Assembly: GCA_964540995.1 (NCBI GenBank)
Contig: CAZIOU010000003.1
Span: forward strand, 576 to 64,575
Direction: 5' to 3'
Source: an uncultured Gammaproteobacteria bacterium
GTDB taxonomy: Bacteria; Patescibacteriota; Patescibacteriia; UBA1558; 2-01-FULL-52-15
Length of the DNA: 64,000 nt
Positions 57,836 through 64,000 of this stretch are shown here, piece by piece (position 1 is the stretch's first letter; each line of letters begins with the position of its first letter). Position numbers and translations under genes: made by a program. The notes beneath the pieces were generated by a model that was not told the origin of the DNA, made no database searches, and saw only the letters and a program-made list of their open reading frames with translations.

Positions 57836-58172
57836 TTTGAGCTACAGTCGCGCCGTCACCTTTGCGTACTCCCAATTTGACGACACGGGTGTAGCCGCTG
57901 GTGCGGTCAGCGAAACGAGGCACATAGACTTCGATTAGTTTCTTGACAGCCTTCTTATCGAGCATGAGAGCGTTCAATTCACGTTTGGAAACTAAGGTCT
58001 TCTTCTTAGCGATAGTGATAAGTTTATCGGCCAATGGCTTGATAGCCTTAGCTTTGGCTTCGGTGGTTTTGACCTTTTCAAATAAGACTAAGCTGGTAGC
58101 CAAGCTTAAGAGAAGCGCTTTGCGAGGGGCGGCTTTGCGGTCGAGAATAACTTGTTTCTTGCGATGCTTCAT
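57819..58172 (-). CDS. rplQ: 50S ribosomal protein L17
   Basis: 'MKHRKK..L.R', 'RTSGYTRVVKLG.R.GD'. Confidence 0.95.
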   Translation of the reverse strand: MKHRKKQVILDRKAAPRKALLLSLATSLVLFEKVKTTEAKAKAIKPLADKLITIAKKKTLVSKRELNALMLDKKAVKKLIEVYVPRFADRTSGYTRVVKLGVRKGDGATVAQIEYLQ

Positions 58173-58248
58173 AATAGTTGGTAGCTTGGTAGGTTATTAG
58201 CTTAGTAGGAATGTAGGCTGGTAGATAAGTAGATTGGTAGTTGTGTAG

Positions 58249-59016
58249 CTAGGCAGTAGCTTCGGCTGATTCAGCCTCTTCTTCAGCGGCTTCAGCTTTC
58301 TTGGACTTTTTCTTAGGCTTAACTTCAACGGCTGATTGTTCTTTGATGAAGTTGAAGTGCTCGATCAAGATATCAGATGACATAGTGATAGCTTCTTCAC
58401 CGGTCATTGATCCATCGGTGGTGATAGCCATGACCAAACGTTCATAGTCAGTCTGTTGACCGACACGGACGTGTTCGATCTCGAAGCCGACATTGATAAC
58501 TGGTGAGAAAATAGCATCGATATCGATGGCTCCGATCTCGCCTTTGTGCTTGCTCTGGGTATCGACCGCTAGATAACCACGACCGCGGCTGATAGTCAAT
58601 TCCATCTCGAAGACGGCTTTCTTATCAGTCAGGGTGGCGATCACCATATCGGGGTTGGTGACTTCAGCTTGAGCGTTGGGTTTGATGTCAGCACCGGTGA
58701 CTACTTTGTCGCCTTTGGCGGACAGGGTCAAGACAACCGGCTCATCGCCATGAAGCTTAACGTTTAATTTCTTCAAATTCAAAATGATATCTACCACGTC
58801 TTCTTTGACATGGTCGATAGTCTGAAATTCATGCTGGACACCAGAGATCTTGATACTGGTGACAGCAGCGCCGGGTAGCGACGATAAGAGGACGCGTCGC
58901 AGTGAATTGCCGAGGGTGACACCGTAGCCAGGGAAACAAGGCTCAATGACTACTTCGTAGACATTGGCTTTCTTTTCCTTATAGGATACGGATTTTGGTA
59001 ATTCGATTAATCCCAT
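58249..59016 (-). CDS. rpoA: DNA-directed RNA polymerase subunit alpha, N-terminal domain only (no recognisable alpha-CTD)
   Basis: Typical alpha-NTD (255 aa) ending in an acidic tail 'KKKSKKAEAAEEEAESAEATA'. No helix-hairpin-helix CTD follows before rpsD. Confidence 0.85.
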   Translation of the reverse strand: MGLIELPKSVSYKEKKANVYEVVIEPCFPGYGVTLGNSLRRVLLSSLPGAAVTSIKISGVQHEFQTIDHVKEDVVDIILNLKKLNVKLHGDEPVVLTLSAKGDKVVTGADIKPNAQAEVTNPDMVIATLTDKKAVFEMELTISRGRGYLAVDTQSKHKGEIGAIDIDAIFSPVINVGFEIEHVRVGQQTDYERLVMAITTDGSMTGEEAITMSSDILIEHFNFIKEQSAVEVKPKKKSKKAEAAEEEAESAEATA

Positions 59017-59039
59017 GAGCGTTTATAAAAAGTTGATTA

Positions 59040-59654
59040 TTATCGTGAGTAGAACTCAACGATTGGTTTAGTATCAATGTTGGCTGGCAACTCTTCTTTC
59101 AACGGTTCGGAGGTGACGGTAATCGTCATCTTGTCCCAGTCGACGGTGAGCCAGCTAACGGTGGGCTTAGCTTTCTTCTGTTCTTCGATCAGATTCTTCC
59201 AGTAGGCAGTCTTCAATTTGGAAGTGCGGACCGTAATAGTCTGACTGATCTTGACGGAATAGGAAGGAATATCGGTTTTGATCTTATTGACGGCGACATG
59301 ACCATGAGTCACCAACTGACGAGCCAGACGACGAGTCTTGGCAAAGCCAGCGCGGTACACCACATTGTCTAAGCGCTTTTCGAGCAACTTCATCAAGTTC
59401 TCACCAGCATCACCAGTCATACCCTTGGATTTCTCGAATAGATTGGAGAATTGACGTTCAAATAAGCCGTAAATCAATTTGGCCTTCTGTTTCTCGCGCA
59501 GCTGCTTACCGTAGTCAGTGGCTTTGCGGAATCCCATCTTGGTCGGACCGTGTTGTCCTGGTGGGTAATTTCTCTTATTCCATTTCGGAGTATCGAAAAT
59601 ATCCGTTCCTTCACGGCGAGAGATTTTGACTTTGGGACCTGTGTATCTACCCAT
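59040..59654 (-). CDS. rpsD: 30S ribosomal protein S4
   Basis: 'MGRYTGPK.K.SRREG'. Confidence 0.95.
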   Translation of the reverse strand: MGRYTGPKVKISRREGTDIFDTPKWNKRNYPPGQHGPTKMGFRKATDYGKQLREKQKAKLIYGLFERQFSNLFEKSKGMTGDAGENLMKLLEKRLDNVVYRAGFAKTRRLARQLVTHGHVAVNKIKTDIPSYSVKISQTITVRTSKLKTAYWKNLIEEQKKAKPTVSWLTVDWDKMTITVTSEPLKEELPANIDTKPIVEFYSR

Positions 59655-59754
59655 AGGATTGTTAATTGATTAATTGATTCATCGACTAATTGGCTACTCC
59701 TCTATCTTCTCGCTGAATCAATTGCTCTATTATTCTATTAATCTATTAATTAAA

Positions 59755-60150
59755 TTATACTCTTCGGACTTTCTTGGGTCGGCAACCGTTGTGTGGGATA
59801 GGAGTTTGATCTTTGATAGACAAGACATCGAGGCCATGAGCGTGTAAGGCACGGACAGCCGCTTCGCGACCAGAGCCAACACCTTTGACGAAGACATCGA
59901 CTTCTTTCAAGCCATAATCTTTGACTTGATCAATAACTTTCTTGACGATCAATCCGGCAGCATACGGAGTAGGCTTCTTGGGACCTTTGAAACCAGTATT
60001 ACCGGCACTGGACCAAGCGATAACATTTCCCGCCTGATCGGTCAGGGTGACTAAGGTGTTATTGTACGTAGCTTGAACATAAGCTCGGCCACGAGTGACT
60101 GTGCGCTTCTTCTTGTTCTTCTTAGTTGTTGTCGTTGGTTTGTCTACCAT
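59755..60150 (-). CDS. rpsK: 30S ribosomal protein S11
   Basis: 'GNVIAWSSAG..GFKG.KK.TPYAA'. Confidence 0.95.
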   Translation of the reverse strand: MVDKPTTTTKKNKKKRTVTRGRAYVQATYNNTLVTLTDQAGNVIAWSSAGNTGFKGPKKPTPYAAGLIVKKVIDQVKDYGLKEVDVFVKGVGSGREAAVRALHAHGLDVLSIKDQTPIPHNGCRPKKVRRV

Positions 60151-60246
60151 GTGTTTAGTTTGTAGGTTGTAAGATAGGAATGTAGGCTGGTAGGTTGCAG
60201 AGCTAATTCTGGCTACATCCTACTACCTAATAACCTACGATCTTAA

Positions 60247-60636
60247 TTATGTTTTCTGCGCCGCTGGCTTCTTACCGCTGGTAGCGGTGTGTCGGACGTT
60301 ACCGCGGATTGTACGGGAATTGGTCTTGGTGCGTTGACCGCGGACAGGTAGGCCTTTGGCATGACGAGAGCCACGGTGGGAGCCAATTTCTTTCAAACGT
60401 TTGATATTGGTCAAGATTTCACGACGAAGATCACCTTCAACTTTGTAGGTGTCCTCAATAATACGGCGTAATTTGTTGACTTGGTCTTCGGTCAGATCTT
60501 TGACGCGAATGTTACCGTCAATATTGGTCTGAGCCAAAATCTTGACAGCGAGGGTCGGGCCAATGCCATACAGATATGGTAAAGCTGCTTCGACTCTTTT
60601 ATTATTGGGTAAATTGACGGATGCGATTCTAGCCAT
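60247..60636 (-). CDS. rpsM: 30S ribosomal protein S13
   Basis: 'MARIA.V.LP..KRVE.AL..IYGIG'. Confidence 0.95.
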   Translation of the reverse strand: MARIASVNLPNNKRVEAALPYLYGIGPTLAVKILAQTNIDGNIRVKDLTEDQVNKLRRIIEDTYKVEGDLRREILTNIKRLKEIGSHRGSRHAKGLPVRGQRTKTNSRTIRGNVRHTATSGKKPAAQKT

Positions 60637-60723
60637 TTGTATAATAGATTAATGGAGTAATAGATTAATTGTCCCTACTTCAGTGCTGTGCAATTAATCA
60701 ATTATTCGATGATTCAATGATAT

Positions 60724-60837
60724 TTATCCCTGTCGTTGTTTATGCTTAGGATTTTCACAGAGACAGACTACGCGTCCTTTGCGGCGGACGAGCTTACATT
60801 TCTTACACATGACTTTGACTGATGGACGTACTTTCAT
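60724..60837 (-). CDS. rpmJ: 50S ribosomal protein L36 (not in the ORF track, too short)
   Basis: Hand translation of the minus strand gives [37 protein letters not shown]. Confidence 0.85.
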   Translation of the reverse strand: MKVRPSVKVMCKKCKLVRRKGRVVCLCENPKHKQRQG

Positions 60838-60913
60838 AGGATGTAGGTTGGTAGATTGGTAGGCGGTAGGTTGGTAGATGAAATAGTCTGGCTACTTCCT
60901 ACCTCCTGACGGA

Positions 60914-61147
60914 CTACTTTCTATAAGTAATTCTGCCTTTGGTTAAATCATAGGGGCTGATCTCCATGACTACCCGATCGCCAGGGATAATACTGATACG
61001 GTGCAAGCGCATCTTACCGGACAAATGAGCCAGAATCATCTGACCGTTGTCGAGTAGGACCTTGAAGGTGGCGTTCGGTAGTTGTTCATCTACCACGCCT
61101 TCCATCTGGATAAAGCCCTTGCTGTCTACAATTCCTGATTCTGACAT
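60914..61147 (-). CDS. infA: translation initiation factor IF-1 (start may be the internal Met at about 61105)
   Basis: 'GKMR..RI.I.PGD.V..E.SPYDL.KGRI.YR'. Confidence 0.9.
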   Translation of the reverse strand: MSESGIVDSKGFIQMEGVVDEQLPNATFKVLLDNGQMILAHLSGKMRLHRISIIPGDRVVMEISPYDLTKGRITYRK

Positions 61148-61385
61148 GTATTGCTGATAACAAAAAAATACTTCTTCATCTGTGGTGCCACGTATTTAAC
61201 TGGTTCTCACACCCATGAAGAACAGCGTATTTTGCGCTAGTTGTTGATAATTTTTCAAAGCAGGATAATTATACAGTTTTGGTGGGAGTTGTCAAGAAGA
61301 AGTACGGAGTAAGACGTAAAGCGTACGGGGCGTTGTGTCACTGGAAATGAAAGGGCCTGTTTAGAGCCTAATTTACTACTTGCCC

Positions 61386-61413
61386 TTGACAATATTCCTT
61401 GATTATGTATAAT
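61386..61413 (+). promoter_or_regulatory. near-consensus sigma70 promoter with extended -10
   Basis: TTGACA (61386-61391), 16-nt spacer ending TG, then TATAAT (61408-61413). Confidence 0.6.
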
Positions 61414-61419
61414 ACCAAT

Positions 61420-61582
61420 ACCTTGAGGCAACGGCCCGCTCTAGGTACGACTAGCCCCTGATGGCTAGCCGGCAAGGCCATTATACTAATAGCGTACATT
61501 TTTGCACCTCCTCTCCCCGTGACGCTACCCTCGAGGTAGCCGGCGGCGACTATTCACTTCTGATAGTCGCCGTTTTATTTTA
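61420..61582 (+). ncRNA. candidate small RNA (about 160 nt) between a consensus promoter and an intrinsic terminator
   Basis: No SD-preceded ORF; only a 38-codon ATG frame without an RBS. Hairpins CUAGCC-CCUGAU-GGCUAG and GCUACC-CUCGA-GGUAGC, then a terminator. Confidence 0.4.
61543..61582 (+). terminator. rho-independent terminator (sequence repeated at 63137)
   Basis: GGCGACTATTCACTTCTGATAGTCGCCGTTTTATTTT. Confidence 0.8.
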
Positions 61583-61674
61583 ACTTGACGCTCCCCTTCC
61601 ATTATTGTACGATAGCGAATCCTTTGAATATCCCGAGGCGTACACACTCTTCCCCTTCGAAAGGAAGGTTTCTC

Positions 61675-61977
61675 ATGGATTTCATCACCAAGGCACTGTT
61701 GGATAACAAAGGTGTTTTACCCCTAGTTGCTTCCGAGACTCTTCCTCAAACGGAGATCGTCACCGCGGTGGCCTTTCTCCGGGCTGGAGGGTCGGCAGCT
61801 CAGCTGTCCATCCGTTTCCACGATCTGGGTAAAGATGATGAGGCTCGGATGAGTCAACTCAGGATTCGAGTCACGAAGATTCTGGCGTCACTTAGTGATA
61901 CGGGCGAAGTTCTTGGTGCAAGACAAAAACGCGAGGCGGAATACGTCACGTATACACTGACCCGCGAGGTACACTGA
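61675..61977 (+). CDS. hypothetical protein (start moved to the Met with SD GAAAGGAAGG)
   Basis: Good RBS, own promoter-like TTGACG..TACGAT upstream, and a terminator at about 61995-62045. Confidence 0.5.
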   Translation: MDFITKALLDNKGVLPLVASETLPQTEIVTAVAFLRAGGSAAQLSIRFHDLGKDDEARMSQLRIRVTKILASLSDTGEVLGARQKREAEYVTYTLTREVH

Positions 61978-62156
61978 TACAAAAGTACCTTTAACCTTCA
62001 CCAATGCGGCCAACGGCGGCTAGCCACCATACTAGCCGCTTTTTTAATTTAGCTATTGACATTTGCCTCACCTTGTGGCAAATTAATCAATCGACAAATC
62101 GTCGTTTGTACACTTACAATTGATCCAATCCCAAACCTACCAACGGAGGTAAACCC

Positions 62157-62642
62157 GTGACTACCAGGCGTATTGTTGGCTTCGTTTCGCTCGGAATTTT
62201 TGTTATCAGTCTGTGGATCTTTCTGGCCAATACCCTTCATTATGTAGAGAAACATGAGCTGGGATACACCTTCGATCGTTTCAATGGCGAAGTTCAGATC
62301 GTCCCCCACACAGGGTGGGTGGTCAGGAATCCGTTTCATTACTCCGTTTATACCATCGATCTCCGTCCGTATCAGGTATCTATTACCGCTGCTACTGCTA
62401 CGACAGGAATCAGCGATCGCATTCTTAACGCCAAGTTGGTGAGGTTCAATCCTGCGGGATTGCAAACCTTCATTTCCTGGCATGGATGCGGAGCTGGTGG
62501 GAGCGTCGGTAACTTGAAAGAGATTCTCAAGTGTTACGCTTTTGACAAGCAGAATGGGGCGGATTGTCCTTTCGTGACGGTAGTGAGCGAACTCTCTCCC
62601 GATCAAGCGCCTATCGTGCCTCAACCGCAGGAGAATAAGTAG
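62157..62642 (+). CDS. N-terminally anchored membrane protein (paralog 1, weak SPFH-like resemblance)
   Basis: GTG start with GGAGGT SD; 'GWVVRNPFHYSVYTIDLRPYQVSI'. Confidence 0.55.
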   Translation: MTTRRIVGFVSLGIFVISLWIFLANTLHYVEKHELGYTFDRFNGEVQIVPHTGWVVRNPFHYSVYTIDLRPYQVSITAATATTGISDRILNAKLVRFNPAGLQTFISWHGCGAGGSVGNLKEILKCYAFDKQNGADCPFVTVVSELSPDQAPIVPQPQENK

Positions 62643-62650
62643 GAGCCAAC

Positions 62651-63133
62651 ATGCAACGTGAGGAATTTCTCGACCGTCTGCATCAGCTTCGGCGGGCACG
62701 ATGGTTGAAATATACCATGATTGTGTTGCTGGTACTGCTACTGCTTCGAGTCAACCTGTTGACCTACAGCGGTCCGACCGAGATCGGTATTGCTCGCAAT
62801 GTTCTGACAGGACAGACCTGGCCGATGCCTAAAGGGTTGCGTTTCAAACCGCCGTGGGTATTGGTGCCACACATCGATACACGTCCTATGCGAGTCTCAG
62901 TTGATTCGGCTGGTCATGGATGGAGCGCCAAGCTGGTGCAGTTCGTACCATCAGAATGGGAGTCATTCGTGAAAACGGAAGGCTTCTACTTCTGGTGGTG
63001 GGCCAATCGGATTTCCTTCAACAGCGGCTACCGCGATGAACACCGCGGGATCAAGGATATTTTCCGAGGCTATGCCTACGGGGTCAAGCAATATCCGTTC
63101 CTAGTGGTGCTGAAGGATGTGGATCAAGAATAG
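62651..63133 (+). CDS. N-terminally anchored membrane protein (paralog 2)
   Basis: AGGAG SD; 'GLRFKPPWVLVPHIDTRPMRVSV' parallels the upstream protein. Confidence 0.55.
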   Translation: MQREEFLDRLHQLRRARWLKYTMIVLLVLLLLRVNLLTYSGPTEIGIARNVLTGQTWPMPKGLRFKPPWVLVPHIDTRPMRVSVDSAGHGWSAKLVQFVPSEWESFVKTEGFYFWWWANRISFNSGYRDEHRGIKDIFRGYAYGVKQYPFLVVLKDVDQE

Positions 63134-63136
63134 CAA

Positions 63137-63175
63137 TGGCGGCGACTAGTCACTTCTGATAGTCGCCGTTTTATT
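63137..63175 (+). terminator. rho-independent terminator (second copy of the 61543 terminator)
   Basis: GGCGACTAGTCACTTCTGATAGTCGCCGTTTTATTTT. Confidence 0.8.
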
Positions 63176-63322
63176 TTGTGGAGGTTGACAAAACTTCTAC
63201 CGCAGGAGCTATAGTAGGAGTATAGGGCAATGTTCTTTAATAGACTAAAAGTCAGGTGAGCGTCACGATCACCGAGTAAGACTCGTACAATCGGGCTAAA
63301 TGGGCATAAAAGGAGCTTTATA

Positions 63323-63505
63323 ATGTCGGAAGAAAAGGAAGCAGAAAAGAAGGAGGAGGCTGGTCTGCCGGTTGAGGGCGAACAGCAACTCTACCTGTGT
63401 TATGACTGTAAAAAGATGAAAGCCAAGGGAACACACTTTGACAACAACACACGATTCGAGTGTGATGACTGTAGATGGTGGCGAATAGTTGTTATCGAAG
63501 ATTAA
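63323..63505 (+). CDS. small zinc-ribbon protein
   Basis: CYDC..17..CDDC four-cysteine pattern, acidic N-terminus, AAGGAG SD. Confidence 0.45.
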   Translation: MSEEKEAEKKEEAGLPVEGEQQLYLCYDCKKMKAKGTHFDNNTRFECDDCRWWRIVVIED

Positions 63506-63544
63506 ACAGGTGTAGACGGTAAACCAGAAAGGTGGAATTCTGTC

Positions 63545-63898
63545 ATGAGTAGCCACGATGACAAGGAGTTTGGTTGGTCTGATGTCGCTGCGATCGTCGT
63601 AGGGGCAGTTATTTTCTCTCCAATCATTATACCGGCTCTTGCAGCTGAACGGAGTCGACAGACTGCAAAGGAAGCTCAGAACAGACGGTTGGAGCGTGAA
63701 AGATCGAGAGCAGCTCTTGATGCCGCACGTAGCGCCTCCAGTTTCGACTCTGATTCAGATGAAGAAGATGCAGCTGAGGATGATGAAAGTGAATCCGTCA
63801 GGTGTCGCTGTGGATCAACCACTGACCTCCTGGAGCGCGATGGATACTATGAATGTCTCTCGTGTGACAATGACAACAACGCGGGTTGCGATGATTGA
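63545..63898 (+). CDS. small TM protein with acidic linker and C-terminal zinc ribbon
   Basis: TM 'VAAIVVGAVIFSPIIIPALAA', 'CRCG..CLSC', followed by a terminator at about 63905-63950. Confidence 0.45.
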   Translation: MSSHDDKEFGWSDVAAIVVGAVIFSPIIIPALAAERSRQTAKEAQNRRLERERSRAALDAARSASSFDSDSDEEDAAEDDESESVRCRCGSTTDLLERDGYYECLSCDNDNNAGCDD

Positions 63899-64000
63899 GA
63901 ACATCGCCTTACGGCCGCTGGCTTATGAGCTAGCGGCCGTTTTATTAATCCAAATGAAAAGCCGCCTCCCGTGATAAGACGAGAAGCTAAGCTTTTCATC

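Noticed and set aside
62049-62699. 216-aa minus-strand ORF overlapping the 62157 and 62651 plus-strand genes.
   Set aside because: Both plus-strand ORFs have well-spaced SD sequences, plausible TM anchors and terminators. The minus ORF has none of these and looks like an antisense artefact of GC-rich sequence.

Overview
The window looks like a small-genome bacterium with streamlined housekeeping genes and a nearly complete minus-strand cell-envelope glycan locus. A Patescibacteria/Saccharibacteria-like affiliation is inferred only from gene content (class I LysRS, short RpoA, type IV pilus ATPase, few Shine-Dalgarno sites).

Housekeeping genes I can support:
- dnaX, pyrD, fmt-def, a PriA-like protein, thpR, gltX, serS, alr, an FtsQ-like protein, lysK (class I), HU and a cyclophilin-type PPIase.
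- A ribosomal cluster on the minus strand: infA-rpmJ-rpsM-rpsK-rpsD-rpoA-rplQ, followed by rplM-rpsI.

The envelope/glycan locus at 45.8-53.9 kb holds three GT2 and two GT1 glycosyltransferases, a Wzy/WaaL-like membrane protein and a Wzx-like flippase. Other recognisable genes are a TagA/WecB transferase, a Dpm1-like GT2 with a PMT-like GT-C partner, a cellulose-synthase-like GT2, and a histidine kinase / response regulator / PilB-type ATPase operon.

The unusual content is mostly non-coding or mobile:
- a tRNA-Gln(CUG) gene sits inside an array of decayed tRNA-Gln copies that carries a small GIY-YIG nuclease gene flanked by 91-bp direct repeats;
- a second GIY-YIG gene is flanked by a different short repeat family;
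- a palindromic MITE-like element occurs once between genes and once in-frame inside a GT1 gene;
- a TTGAATATTG motif array recurs around the tagA-like gene;
- many minus-strand genes have G-depleted simple-repeat 5' leaders;
- a tyrosine integrase lies beside an unassigned structured-RNA-like region;
- a GC-rich three-gene islet carries an internal duplication bounded by an identical hairpin;
- a consensus promoter-to-terminator unit looks like a small-RNA candidate;
- the window ends in a GC-rich islet of paralogous membrane and zinc-ribbon proteins.

No rRNA or CRISPR array was seen.
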